A stretch of DNA of 64,000 bases from Candidatus Bathyarchaeia archaeon (GTDB lineage: Archaea; Thermoproteota; Bathyarchaeia; 40CM-2-53-6): NCBI GenBank assembly GCA_050013255.1, contig JBEKFP010000001.1, positions 1,120,001 to 1,184,000 on the forward strand. The letters are read 5' to 3'. Both the position numbers and the translations under genes were made by a program. The notes under the pieces were generated by a model. The model saw only the letters and a list, made by a program, of their open reading frames with translations, was not told where the DNA came from and searched no databases. Shown one piece after another: positions 8,803-18,648 of this stretch. The number at the start of each line of letters is the position of its first letter. The stretch's first letter is position 1.

Positions 8803-11238
8803 TTAGCGTCCCTGTGAGTACCTTTCCTCGACCTTTGCGACAACTTGCTTCATTTTGCCTATGACATCTGCGTTCAAAGATATGCTATCTATTCCGTTCT
8901 CGACTAGGAATTCAACAATTTCTGGATAGTCGCTCGGGGCTTGGCCGCAGATTCCGATTTTGAGCCCGTTCTTATGGGCTGTTTTTATTAGATGTTCTAT
9001 GGCCATCTTCACGGCGGGATTCCTCTCGTCAAAAGTGCTCTTCGCAAGTTTCGAATTATCCCTATCCACGCCCAAGACAAGCGAGGCCAGGTCGTTTGAG
9101 CCAATGCTGAAACCGTCGAAAAGCTTAGAGAATTCTTGTGCCAGGAAGACGTTTGATGGAATTTCTGCCATCATGTAGACCTGTAACCCGTCCTTTCCCC
9201 TCTCTATTCCCTCTGCTTTCATAAGTTCGAGGACAGCCTTCGCCTCTTCGACGGTCCGCACGAATGGAATCATAGGAATAATATTATCGAGCCCTAGTTC
9301 CCTGGCTTCTCTGAGCGCCCGGCATTCCAGTTTAAACGCTTCCGCGAATTCCGTGTGGGGATATCGAGAAGCACCCCTCCAACCGAGCATCGGATTGTTC
9401 TCCCCTTTCTCGAAAATCTCGCCACCGACCAGCGCCGCATATTCGTTGGATTTGAAATCGGAAAACCTGACTATGACGGGTTTTGGATGCATCGCGGCCG
9501 CAACCATAGCAATTCCCTCCCTCAGCTTCTCCACCAAGAATTGAGGTTTATCATCGTAGCCTTGGGTTCGAGTTTCGATTTCTGCGATAGTTCTTTTGAG
9601 GTATTGGACGTCCTTGGTCTTTGGCGGTGCACGGAGGAAGTTCTGTGGGTCTCGTTTCAGGTTTTCGAAATTGAGTAGAGCAGCCGGGTGAATGCCGACG
9701 CTATTTCCGTAGACGAACTCAATCCTCAGCAAACCTACTCCATCCGCCTTCTTTGCATGGGCCAACGCGCCCTCGGGCACGGCCATGTTCATCATTATTT
9801 TAGTGTGGGTCTGCGGAATGGTCTTGAGGTCAAAGGTTTCAGTCTCGAAAGCCACCAATCCATCATAGATGTTTCCAACTCCCGTGCTACAATCGACGGT
9901 TATCGGGTTGCTATGATTATGCAGTAGTTGTGTGACTCTTCTCGCCCCAACTACGCAGGGTTTTCCAAGCTCCCTGGATACGATTGCGGCGTGTGAAGTG
10001 GTTCCGCCTTGCTCCGTGACAATTGCAGCGGATTTCTCCATAATTGGTTCCCAGGCTGGTGTTGTCTCCTTTGTAACTAGAATTTCCCCGGGTTTGAATT
10101 TCTTCATTTCGCTGACATCAGCCATTACGTTGGGTTTACCCTGCCCTATTTTTCCACCGACGGCAATTCCGGCGACGAGCAGTTTGCCTTCGCCCTTTAG
10201 ATGGTAAGTTTCCTCAAGGGTTCCTTTTGATGATTGAACGGTCTCAGGCCTAGCTTGAAGAATGTATACCTTACCACCTTCTATTGCCCACTCAATGTCC
10301 ATTCTCTTCGCATAATGATTCTCGATTTTTCGCGCATATTCAACTAGAACTTTGACCTGTTCTCTGACCAGTGAAAACTGAGCTCTCCGCTTCAGCGGAG
10401 TGTTAACGAACGCCGTTCCAGTGCTATCGTATTTTGCGAAGACTTCCTTCTGTCCTAACCTTCTTCCAACTATCTCTCCCGTTTTCTTGTAAATGAAGAA
10501 CTTGTCAGGAATGATCTTTCCACTAACAACCGACTCTCCCAACCCCCAACTTGAATCTATCACGATGAAATTTTCGTTTCCAGAGTCAGGGTCTATTGTG
10601 AACATGACGCCCGCGGCTTCGCTGTTGACCATTTTTTGGATTCCAACACTGAGGCCAACATCGATGTGATCGAACCCCATTTTCGCCCTGTAGCTGATCG
10701 CCCTGTCCGTGAATAATGATGAAATGCATTTCTTCGTGCAATCGAGGACTTTCTCTTCGCCAACTACGTTCAGGTAAGTGTCCTGTTGACCCGCAAAGGA
10801 AGCGTCCGCCATGTCCTCAGTAGTTGCGCTGCTTCGCACCGCAACCGGAAGCGCCGCGCCTTCGCTGAGCGCCAAATAGCCTTCCCTGATAGCTTCCTCC
10901 AAATTGGAAGGAAACGATGAGCTCAGAATTCTTGACCTTATGCTGCCCCCAACCTTCTGAAGCTCTTCAACGTTGCTAACGTTCAAGCCTGCCAATTGCT
11001 TACGAATATAGTCCATTGATCCGCTCTTGCTAAGGAATTCTCTGTAGAAGAGTACGCTCAAGGCAAACCCTGGTGGGACGGGAATCCCGATTCGAGTTAA
11101 TTCACCCAACGAAGCGTTCTTGCCACCGACCAGTGGTACGTCGCGAATTGCTATCCGGTCGAATGGAATAACATAGGACTCGGCAGTCGTCTCCAACGGG
11201 GTTTCCTTGTTTAGTTCAATTGCCGGTGGCTTAGCCAT
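8803..11238 (-). CDS. ppsA: Phosphoenolpyruvate synthase
   Basis: GGKNASLGE, VAVRSSA, SFAGQQDT, TSHAAIVSRE phospho-His, SIGSNDL and GICGQAP. Confidence 0.96.
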   Translation of the reverse strand: MAKPPAIELNKETPLETTAESYVIPFDRIAIRDVPLVGGKNASLGELTRIGIPVPPGFALSVLFYREFLSKSGSMDYIRKQLAGLNVSNVEELQKVGGSIRSRILSSSFPSNLEEAIREGYLALSEGAALPVAVRSSATTEDMADASFAGQQDTYLNVVGEEKVLDCTKKCISSLFTDRAISYRAKMGFDHIDVGLSVGIQKMVNSEAAGVMFTIDPDSGNENFIVIDSSWGLGESVVSGKIIPDKFFIYKKTGEIVGRRLGQKEVFAKYDSTGTAFVNTPLKRRAQFSLVREQVKVLVEYARKIENHYAKRMDIEWAIEGGKVYILQARPETVQSSKGTLEETYHLKGEGKLLVAGIAVGGKIGQGKPNVMADVSEMKKFKPGEILVTKETTPAWEPIMEKSAAIVTEQGGTTSHAAIVSRELGKPCVVGARRVTQLLHNHSNPITVDCSTGVGNIYDGLVAFETETFDLKTIPQTHTKIMMNMAVPEGALAHAKKADGVGLLRIEFVYGNSVGIHPAALLNFENLKRDPQNFLRAPPKTKDVQYLKRTIAEIETRTQGYDDKPQFLVEKLREGIAMVAAAMHPKPVIVRFSDFKSNEYAALVGGEIFEKGENNPMLGWRGASRYPHTEFAEAFKLECRALREARELGLDNIIPMIPFVRTVEEAKAVLELMKAEGIERGKDGLQVYMMAEIPSNVFLAQEFSKLFDGFSIGSNDLASLVLGVDRDNSKLAKSTFDERNPAVKMAIEHLIKTAHKNGLKIGICGQAPSDYPEIVEFLVENGIDSISLNADVIGKMKQVVAKVEERYSQGR

Positions 11239-11455
11239 TACGAATCCTCAATTCTTATGACTGAAAGTGCATGGACTTCCGCATAACGTGCGTACTATAT
11301 TTCAGCATGTTGAAGTAATAAGCAAATGCGAATTCCGAACCCGACTATATTACGCAGGTACGAAAAACAGGGTAAATCCACGAAGGTGCAGGTAAGTTCT
11401 TCAACATGCGTTCCAAGAAACTTCGTAAGCCATAGGACAATGGGGTGAATCTCGT

Positions 11456-12235
11456 ATGCCGCTAATTCTCAAAAAGGTTGACGGCGCGCTCGGCGTAATC
11501 ACACTTAACAATCCTCAGAAACGCAACTCCCTCAGCGCGGCGTTGATCCTTGAATTCTGCAACGCACTGGACGAGTTCGAAGCTTTAGGAGTTCGGGTGG
11601 TCATACTGCGTGCGCAGCCAGGCGTGAAGGTGTGGAGCGCTGGCTATGATGTTAACGAGCTCCCTCATCCCGGGAGGGACCCGCTTGCCTACGCTGCCCC
11701 GTTCGGGCGCCTCTTACGACGCGTCCAAAGATTTTCTGGCCCGGTCATAGCGATGATTGAAGGCGGTGTCTGGGGCGGTGCCTGCGACCTCGCGCTTACT
11801 TGCGACATACTAGTTGGTTCTGAGACCGCGTCCTTCGCTATCACGCCCGCGAAAATTGGAGTTCCATACACCGCTTCCGGAATGATGCACTTCATCAACG
11901 CACTCGGTTTGAACAAGGCGAAAGAGATGTTCTTCACCGCTACGCCGATAACTGCAAATGACGCGTTGACTGTGGGAATCTTGAACCACCTGGTCCCCAT
12001 AGCCGACCTAGAACGTTTCACACTAGAGTTGGCGGGCAAAATCCTTGAGAACGCCCCATTAGCAGTAAAGGCCTTCAAGAAACAGTTTACGCTCCTCTCC
12101 AAAGGGGCCACTATTGATGCGGAAACCGCGGAAAGAATCCAAGGCTACCGGCGCATTGTTTACGACAGCGAAGACTACGCAGAGGGAATCCGGGCTTTCC
12201 AAGAGAAACGGCCACCCCGCTTCAAAGGCAAATGA
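11456..12235 (+). CDS. scpB: Methylmalonyl-CoA decarboxylase (crotonase family, ScpB/YgfG type)
   Basis: KVWSAGYDV.ELP..GRDPL.Y, VWGGA, TPAKIGVPY and ERIQG.RR.VYDSEDY.EG closely follow E. coli ScpB as I recall it. Confidence 0.85.
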   Translation: MPLILKKVDGALGVITLNNPQKRNSLSAALILEFCNALDEFEALGVRVVILRAQPGVKVWSAGYDVNELPHPGRDPLAYAAPFGRLLRRVQRFSGPVIAMIEGGVWGGACDLALTCDILVGSETASFAITPAKIGVPYTASGMMHFINALGLNKAKEMFFTATPITANDALTVGILNHLVPIADLERFTLELAGKILENAPLAVKAFKKQFTLLSKGATIDAETAERIQGYRRIVYDSEDYAEGIRAFQEKRPPRFKGK

Positions 12236-12370
12236 AAGATAGGAGACATAACCTGAAGGATATGTGTCCACTATCGAGTTGACACGTGATACTCGACGCA
12301 AGTGGCGGTATCAGCCACATGTATCGAAGTAACGTTTTATACAGCAACGTTGTGCATCACCGTTATCGTT

Positions 12371-12501
12371 GCGGCCGTAGTCTAGCCTGGTCTAGGACGG
12401 GAACAGCAACGGAAGTTTGCTGACGCAAGCCTGCCACGCTTCTGATCGCCCCTTAGTAAGGGCGAGAAGACGCCCGGGTTCAAATCCCGGCGGCCGCACC
12501 A
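12371..12501 (+). tRNA. tRNA-Gly(GCC) with two introns: 12403-12428 (29/30) and 12445-12471 (45/46)
   Basis: GCGGCCG acceptor; spliced anticodon arm GGAGC-CTGCCAC-GCTTC; BHB with CTTC/GAAG central helix; CCA encoded. Confidence 0.92.
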
Positions 12502-12712
12502 CAACCCTCGCACACAGACTAAAACGGCCTGGATCCGTTCTTGTCGTTAGGGGAAGTATCACATAACGACCCCTTTACTACAAGGCTTCCGCGCGCCATA
12601 ATTTTGCGCGCAAGCTGGCGAACTATGCGCAATTCTCCGTGCGACCCTCGCACTTCTAGGTATGCATGTGATTTGCGCGCGGTCCCTTGCGCTAATCCTT
12701 CGCGGATGCCAA

Positions 12713-12752
12713 GTTCAAATCCGGTCTCCCGTAACACTAAGAGCACGCACAA
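12713..12752 (+). repeat. Degenerate tRNA-3'-end plus CACAC-arm site (site H)
   Basis: GTTCAAAT-CCGGT-CTCCCGT-AACA-CTA-AGAGCACGCACAA; same register as sites A and G2. Confidence 0.6.
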
Positions 12753-12790
12753 AAGAGATTTAAAGCGAGGATGACCTGAGGAGTATCCGG

Positions 12791-13183
12791 ATGCTTATGG
12801 TCTCTGAGAAGGTTTTGCATTTTCAGGGTAAGAATAAGGATTTGAAACAGGTAGCTGACCAGATAGTGCAACAACTCCAATCGGAGGGTTACAAAGTTCA
12901 ATCCACGTCGCCACCACTAGGAATACTTATCCAGGCTCAGAAGGCGGGAATCTTGCGGGATATCATTACAGCAGATCGAGCATTCACGATAATGATAGCG
13001 GGGCAACCTAATGACTTCACAATACGTGTTGGTATTGGAAAGTGGATTCAGAACATAGCGGTGGCTGCCGCCGAAGCGTTGCTTCTCTCAGTATTATTCC
13101 TCGCAGTAGATGTACCCGAGATGCTCTGGACAAGGCATGTTGAAGGCGAGATAATCAAGGAGATAACGCAGATCGTAGGCTAG
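12791..13183 (+). CDS. Hypothetical protein (130 aa, one hydrophobic segment)
   Basis: Clean ORF with upstream GAGGAG and TATA-like TTTAAA. Confidence 0.75.
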   Translation: MLMVSEKVLHFQGKNKDLKQVADQIVQQLQSEGYKVQSTSPPLGILIQAQKAGILRDIITADRAFTIMIAGQPNDFTIRVGIGKWIQNIAVAAAEALLLSVLFLAVDVPEMLWTRHVEGEIIKEITQIVG

Positions 13184-13232
13184 TCTCCTAGTTCAAGCAA
13201 ATTCATTTGTAGGCGTTCAACCGGCAATTTCA

Positions 13233-13263
13233 GTGCGTGTAGATCGGGCATATTACACGCCCG
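13233..13263 (-). repeat. Degenerate reverse-oriented CACAC-arm site (site I)
   Basis: GTGCGTGTAGATC matches the reverse arm GTGTGTGTGGGTC at 10/13 and forms a hairpin with TACACGC. Confidence 0.4.
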
Positions 13264-13474
13264 ATAGAGGGTGAACAACGATCCGCTGCCCAAATTGCAG
13301 TCTGCCTATGGATTTTGTTGGTAGGTACATACTTGACGTGCGATTGGAAAGCGCGGCCCCCTCACACCTGAAGGATTTCGAGGCCTGGCGATGCGAAAAA
13401 TGCGGAAAGCTCTTCGTGGACCCTGGCGACGGGAAGCCGCACGAAACGGAACATTTGCCTGAGGATGTCTTACC

Positions 13475-13867
13475 CTAGTCGCCCCGGAATTTGTCCGCTA
13501 TTGACTTTAATTCTCCGTGGTCCAAGACTTGGATTTTGGTTTCTAGCCTAACGTCCAAACCGATCTGGCGGAGTAACCCGTATAGTTGTTCTCCCGTAAT
13601 CTGGCCTTTTACCCGGCCAAGGCGGACAAGTTCGGCCAGTTCTTGAAAGAGCCGGTCCGCTATTGTAGGATACTGCTGCCTCGTCGCATGGTAAACTTCC
13701 CAGGCGCGTCCCACGAAAACTTTCTCTAAAACCCTTGCAGGCTCGAGTTTTCCAGATGTGGCTGTGGTTTCCTCTTGCTTCGCGTTCAGCCTCTTCTGCA
13801 TCGCCGCTAACCGTTGGCGTTTCAATCTCTCAAGTTCCGAATCGTCGCTCATGTTTGTCACCTTCAT
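13475..13867 (-). CDS. PDCD5-like (double-stranded DNA-binding domain) paralog
   Basis: D.ELERLKRQRL..MQ; L.ELVRLGRVKG.ITGEQL..LL. Confidence 0.7.
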   Translation of the reverse strand: MKVTNMSDDSELERLKRQRLAAMQKRLNAKQEETTATSGKLEPARVLEKVFVGRAWEVYHATRQQYPTIADRLFQELAELVRLGRVKGQITGEQLYGLLRQIGLDVRLETKIQVLDHGELKSIADKFRGD

Positions 13868-14586
13868 TTCGTGAGATTAACGCGGTTTTCCGCGAGCCCT
13901 AATGCCCATTCGAAGTCATAAACGAAACGCCCGGCCACAACCCATGCATCCAGCGACTCTCGGTCTACGCAGAAAATCTCATTCACTGCGCCCCTAGTTT
14001 CTTCGGCAAAATGTCCTCTCGGAAATGCGCCAATAAAAGCTAAGGGAGCTTTTGTTCTGCTTATTTGATTCGCAATATCCCGTAACAGAGAGGGCTTGCC
14101 CAATGTACTAAACCCAAAGACCTTGTCCGGCGAAACCATTCGCACGAGCTTTCGGATATTCCCTTTCTCAAGACTCAGAAGCGTCTCACCTTTTTCGGGC
14201 ACTTTTCTCTGTGTGAAGAGCTGCTCAATTAATCCGACGAAACGAACGTAATTCTTCGGTAGACGCACCTTCGGATTTATGGTGATGATCTGGTCCTCCT
14301 GAGTATGAACTAGGACGCGAAGTTGTCCCTCCCAATTCAACGGTGTTTCAAGAACTTGGAGGAGGGTGTTGTGAATAATGTCAGGCCTTCCCATCTTCTC
14401 AACTGGAATCGAATATCCTATCTTAGCGAGTCTACGCATGGCTGTGTCATGAAAGGCCCTATCCAGTAGAACCTCAGCTGGGCTCTTTGACCTTCGCTCG
14501 GCGTATCTTTTGATCTGTGGATGTGATTGTATCTGTCGTGGGACAAGCTGTAAGGCCGATTCTACAAGAGCGAGGGTCAATACCAT
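13864..14586 (-). CDS. nep1: 16S rRNA pseudouridine N1-methyltransferase Nep1/Emg1
   Basis: ESAL.LVP, GRPDIIH, RLPKNY.RFVGL.EQL and IGAFPRGHF; start trimmed to MVLTL. Confidence 0.92.
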   Translation of the reverse strand: MVLTLALVESALQLVPRQIQSHPQIKRYAERRSKSPAEVLLDRAFHDTAMRRLAKIGYSIPVEKMGRPDIIHNTLLQVLETPLNWEGQLRVLVHTQEDQIITINPKVRLPKNYVRFVGLIEQLFTQRKVPEKGETLLSLEKGNIRKLVRMVSPDKVFGFSTLGKPSLLRDIANQISRTKAPLAFIGAFPRGHFAEETRGAVNEIFCVDRESLDAWVVAGRFVYDFEWALGLAENRVNLTK

Positions 14587-14667
14587 AGAGGGGTCGAATC
14601 CGTTGTCGCGGTGGCGCCACAAAAAGGTTACAAGACCATCCCCCTACTTCCTGATGCGGTCGGCCCA

Positions 14668-15006
14668 TTGGCTTGGAGAAAGGGCGGAAACATCAAAGAG
14701 ATTGCTCTTGGACGGATTCGTATCCTCCTCGGGCTTGCAAAGACCACTTTCCCGAAGGATCGAGATCTGTCGAAACGGTACGTGGAACTCGCCCGTAGAA
14801 TCGGAATGAAGGCCGGAGTTCGATTGCCTAAGGAAGAGAAGATTTTCATCTGCAAGGGATGTGGAAGCCTTCTCGTCCCGGGAGTCAATTCCCGAGTCAG
14901 AACGCGGTCAGACTTTGGGACAACCGTATTAATTACCTGCTTGGATTGTGGATCAAAGAAACGGTACCCCACTGTGAGGGAACGACTTTCGAGAAAAAAC
15001 GCATGA
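14668..15006 (+). CDS. rnp4: RNase P protein component 4 (Rpp21)
   Basis: IA..RI..L, RYV.LARRI, CKGC..LLVPG and TCLDCG; start estimated. Confidence 0.9.
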   Translation: MAWRKGGNIKEIALGRIRILLGLAKTTFPKDRDLSKRYVELARRIGMKAGVRLPKEEKIFICKGCGSLLVPGVNSRVRTRSDFGTTVLITCLDCGSKKRYPTVRERLSRKNA

Positions 15007-15281
15007 GACGGCTTCAATCCAGATCCAGGAAAACCGATCCAACAATCTGGGTTGGTAAGGAAGGTGTCTCGATGGAACTCTTGAAACATGTCGCAAACCA
15101 GTTCAAAACCCGTGACCTGGTCAAAGTTAAGGTTCAAAAATCTGCCTTAGCGGAGACTGAAACCGCACTTGTGGCAGGCAGGGTGGCATCTTCAACAGGC
15201 TCGACCCTCGTAGAAGTGATGGGCCACACTTTCACGCTTTACAAACGCCAAGAAGTAACCAAAACTGAGAGAAGGCGGTAA
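15003..15281 (+). CDS. YhbY/CRM RNA-binding protein
   Basis: P.IWVGKEG, LVKVK and V.GHTFTLY; ATGA overlap with rnp4. Confidence 0.88.
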   Translation: MRRLQSRSRKTDPTIWVGKEGVSMELLKHVANQFKTRDLVKVKVQKSALAETETALVAGRVASSTGSTLVEVMGHTFTLYKRQEVTKTERRR

Positions 15282-15370
15282 AATGCAATTACCGATCGCA
15301 CTCTCCAAACTAAACTTATATGGCGCTCACCGGTTGTAACGTCAAGATTCCGTTACCGGGATGAATCTCA

Positions 15371-15817
15371 ATGCCAACACCGCTGGATGTTCCTTCAAAT
15401 ACCCTAATCGACAATCTATCGAAATTTCTGAAGGAGAACGTGGGTGAAGTTGCACCCCCAAGTTGGGCATTGACCGCCAAAACAGGATCTCATCGGGAAC
15501 GCCCCCCGGCAAGTCCGGATTGGTGGTACAATCGATGCGCTTCGCTCCTAAGAAAACTATACTTACACGGACCAGTAGGAATAGCCCGCCTTCGGGTCGA
15601 GTATGGGGGCCGTTTACGCCATGGGACTCATATTGAGCATTCCAGAGTTGCCGGCGGCTCAGCTATTCGGGAACCGCTTCAGCAGCTTCAGAAAGCAGGT
15701 TTCATTGCCGTTGAGGCCAAGAAAGGTAGGAAGCTTACGCCTGAAGGAATCAGCCTTCTCAACCGAGTTGCCGCCGATGTTTTGAAGGGTGCCCAGAAGG
15801 CGGAAGGCCAGTCATGA
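15371..15817 (+). CDS. rps19e: 30S ribosomal protein eS19
   Basis: PPSWA..AKTG.HRERPP..DWWY.R.AS.LRKLY. Confidence 0.96.
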   Translation: MPTPLDVPSNTLIDNLSKFLKENVGEVAPPSWALTAKTGSHRERPPASPDWWYNRCASLLRKLYLHGPVGIARLRVEYGGRLRHGTHIEHSRVAGGSAIREPLQQLQKAGFIAVEAKKGRKLTPEGISLLNRVAADVLKGAQKAEGQS

Positions 15818-16164
15818 TGAGCGAGGGTGAAGATTACTCCGACGAGGAACTTGAAGAGATTAGGCGAAGGAGATATTCAGACCTACAACGCGCAGCATTA
15901 GATGAACAGAGGCAATCAGAAACCCACAGGCAATTCGAGGCCCAAAAACAAGCTGCACTCAAACAGATACTGACCCCTGAGGCAAGGCAAAGGTTGACCA
16001 ACATCAGAATGGTAAAACCCGAGTTCGCAGATCAAATCGAATTACAGCTCATTCAACTAGCACAGTCGGGAAGAATCAAGGTTCCAATCAGTGATGAGCA
16101 ATTGAAGGAAGCGCTCGGCCGCCTACAATCTTCACGAAAGGAAATTAGAATTAGGAGAGCTTAA
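15814..16164 (+). CDS. PDCD5/TFAR19 family DNA-binding protein
   Basis: ELEEIRRRR; ILTPEARQRL.NI.MVKPEFA. Confidence 0.93.
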   Translation: MMSEGEDYSDEELEEIRRRRYSDLQRAALDEQRQSETHRQFEAQKQAALKQILTPEARQRLTNIRMVKPEFADQIELQLIQLAQSGRIKVPISDEQLKEALGRLQSSRKEIRIRRA

Positions 16165-16167
16165 CTT

Positions 16168-16323
16168 ATGGCACGAAATAAACCAACCGCGCGAAAACGT
16201 AGGCTCGCTAGTGCAGGGAAAACTAGAAAACCTGTCCCAACTTGGGTGATGGCGAGGACATCTGGCCACACTAGGACTCACCCGAAGAAACGGCACTGGC
16301 GAAGGACCAAGCTGAAAGCGTAA
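16168..16323 (+). CDS. rpl39e: 50S ribosomal protein eL39 (51 aa; absent from the ORF track)
   Basis: Manual translation: [51 protein letters not shown]. Confidence 0.95.
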   Translation: MARNKPTARKRRLASAGKTRKPVPTWVMARTSGHTRTHPKKRHWRRTKLKA

Positions 16324-16339
16324 AGGAGAAACAGCCTAA

Positions 16340-16762
16340 ATGAGTGAACCAGAGCCGAAAGAAGAAGTTGTAGAGGCAGAGGAAGAGAAACTCGAAGAGT
16401 CCGTTAGCGAAGCCATTGAGCCAGTAGAAGAAGAGAAGGCGCCCGTCGAGACAGCTCCTGCAGCCGAAAAAGAAGAGGCCGAAGGAGAAGAAGAAATAGA
16501 AGTAGTCGAGGAAAAAGTCTACACGATTTCACTCCGACACGTTTGGGTCGTGACGGCTCGAGGTAAAAGGGCTCCGAGGGCGGTAAGAGACGTTAGGGAT
16601 TTCGTTGCTCGCCACATGAAAGCAGAGGAGGTAGCGATGAGCAACGAAGTTAATGAGGCACTGTGGTCTCGAAGCATCAACAAGCCGCCTAGGAAGATTA
16701 CAGTTCGTGCCGTCAAGGATAAGGAAGGTAAGGTAATAGTTTACCCAGCAAAAGCGGCGTAA
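16340..16762 (+). CDS. rpl31e: 50S ribosomal protein eL31 with acidic N-terminal extension
   Basis: YTISLR, RAPRAVR.VR.FV.RHMK and NE.LW.RSI.KPPRKI. Confidence 0.95.
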   Translation: MSEPEPKEEVVEAEEEKLEESVSEAIEPVEEEKAPVETAPAAEKEEAEGEEEIEVVEEKVYTISLRHVWVVTARGKRAPRAVRDVRDFVARHMKAEEVAMSNEVNEALWSRSINKPPRKITVRAVKDKEGKVIVYPAKAA

Positions 16763-16804
16763 TCCAGTGTTGGCTCGCCGACTCGGCATTATGGGACTTT
16801 AGGA

Positions 16805-17464
16805 ATGACCGTCATCCTAGCCGATGTTTTCGGCAGCCCGAATATTGGCGTATACTGCTTCTGCAATGAAAAAGTAGCTATAGTGCCGCCAGGCCTACCA
16901 AACCGCAAGATCAGCCAATTCACAGAGACGCTTGGCGTTAGCGTTTGCAAGACCACGATAGGTGGCTCCACTTTAGTAGGAGCGCTGGTTACCGGAAACT
17001 CCAACGGAGTGCTGGTTCCCCACACGATTCGACAATACGAGTTAGAAAGGATTGAGGGGTTCACGAAAGTGGTGGTAGTCGAGTCCAAGTGGACTGCGCT
17101 TGGGAATGTGGTTTTGACAAACGACCTCGGTGCGGTCATACACAAAGACGCCCCTCCGGAGATAATTACCGCCGTGAATCAACACTTGGAAGTGACCTCT
17201 GCTTTGGGCGAAATTGGGGCATTGCCTTTCGTTGGCTCCCTGGCCATAGCTACCAACAAAGGCGCTTTGGTTAGCCCGAATGCGCTCAATGAAGAACAGT
17301 CAATGATTGCATCTGCATTGCATGTGACCGTAGAACAGAGTTCCACCAACGGTGGCGTACCATTCGTCAAGTCAGGGATACTTGCGAATACTAAGGGCGC
17401 TGTCGTAGGCCCATTGACGCGTGGCGCTGAACTGATGCAAATCAGCCGTGCATTAGGCGTCTAG
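16805..17464 (+). CDS. eif6: Translation initiation factor aIF-6
   Basis: SPNIGVY, GNSNG, ALGN...ND.GA, VGS...TNKG and N.KG.VVG motifs. Confidence 0.94.
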   Translation: MTVILADVFGSPNIGVYCFCNEKVAIVPPGLPNRKISQFTETLGVSVCKTTIGGSTLVGALVTGNSNGVLVPHTIRQYELERIEGFTKVVVVESKWTALGNVVLTNDLGAVIHKDAPPEIITAVNQHLEVTSALGEIGALPFVGSLAIATNKGALVSPNALNEEQSMIASALHVTVEQSSTNGGVPFVKSGILANTKGAVVGPLTRGAELMQISRALGV

Positions 17465-17481
17465 CGAAGTATCTTTTGCGA

Positions 17482-17970
17482 TTAGCTTACCTTGAATACT
17501 TGATCCCACTTTCCCTGGTCCAGTTCCTTCTGGACATCGCGTGGGTCTTTCCCTTCAATTGTGATTCCGAGGCTGACGCAAGTTCCCATTACCTCTTTAG
17601 CGGCCGTCCTAACAGATTTTGCGTAGCTGCTTGGCATTTTCATCGCAGCAATTTTGGCCACTTGGTCCATCGTGAGGTTCCCCACCTTCTCAGCTTTGGG
17701 ATTGCCTGAGCCCTTGGAGATCCCAAGTTCCTTCACGATTAGGGCTGATGTGGTAGGCGTCCCAATCTCGACTTCAAATTCCTTCGTTTCAACGTCCACG
17801 ACGACGCGGACGGGGACCTTCATACCAGCATATGCCTTAGTCATTTCATTGATCTTGTTAACGATCTGAAGCACATTTACTCCGAGTGGCCCCAATGCTG
17901 GTCCTAGTGGTGGACCGGCGGTGGCTTCTCCACCGTTCAGTAATGCTTCAACTTGCTTCTTGTCGCCCAA
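17482..17970 (-). CDS. rpl11: 50S ribosomal protein uL11
   Basis: GG.AT.GPPLGPALGPLG; start taken at TTG (MGDKK). Confidence 0.95.
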   Translation of the reverse strand: MGDKKQVEALLNGGEATAGPPLGPALGPLGVNVLQIVNKINEMTKAYAGMKVPVRVVVDVETKEFEVEIGTPTTSALIVKELGISKGSGNPKAEKVGNLTMDQVAKIAAMKMPSSYAKSVRTAAKEVMGTCVSLGITIEGKDPRDVQKELDQGKWDQVFKVS

Positions 17971-18445
17971 CTTCAGCCACATTGCCTCTGCTAACTAGTT
18001 TCACGTAATCCGCGTGCACGGTGATCGGAAGGGTTGCGAATCCTTCTTCCAAGAGTTCTATGGTTACCTCTTCCTTGAGTTTGTCAACATTCGTGATTCG
18101 CGCTTTCAACCCACGGAAAGGTCCACTGACCACTTCTACTGAATCACCATTCCGTAGGTCTTCAATGACAGGCTTGCTGACGATGAACCTGTCGAGGGCT
18201 TCGGCCGATATTACGCCCTTCGTACGCGCCCGAGCATGCCGTACGCCGGCAATCAAGTCGTCCACATAGTGAGGCCCTGCTGATTCGACGAAGATATACC
18301 CCTTGACCATATCTGGGGCCAAGACGCTGGCGATGGGTAGTTTCTTCAGGCCAATTCTTGACGAAACGAGGTCCACAACCGTCCTTTCCTGGCCACTTGT
18401 TGTTCGGACCGCGTAGATGAGCATCTTGTGTTCGGTGCTCATCAA
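17948..18445 (-). CDS. spt5: Transcription elongation factor Spt5/NusG
   Basis: AVRTTSGQE, KGYIFVE and a KOW motif SGPFRG. Confidence 0.95.
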   Translation of the reverse strand: MMSTEHKMLIYAVRTTSGQERTVVDLVSSRIGLKKLPIASVLAPDMVKGYIFVESAGPHYVDDLIAGVRHARARTKGVISAEALDRFIVSKPVIEDLRNGDSVEVVSGPFRGLKARITNVDKLKEEVTIELLEEGFATLPITVHADYVKLVSRGNVAEVGRQEAS

Positions 18446-18648
18446 GGCGTGGCTCCGGTGGCGCCAGTCTGCGTCTGTGGCAATAGGTTGAAGAACAGAA
18501 AGAGTACTCGAATTACGAATCCAAGCGAACCCACGATAGCAACTCCTAGGAAACTAATCTTCACCATCAACGAAATCTCATCCCGTGAAGGTTTCGTGGT
18601 AACGTGCACAAGCCTTCTTGATGAATCCAGGAATTCGCGTGCGTTCAT
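18442..18648 (-). CDS. secE: Protein translocase SecE / Sec61 gamma
   Basis: KPSRDE followed by TM (LG..IVG.LGFVI); adjacent to spt5. Confidence 0.9.
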   Translation of the reverse strand: MNAREFLDSSRRLVHVTTKPSRDEISLMVKISFLGVAIVGSLGFVIRVLFLFFNLLPQTQTGATGATP

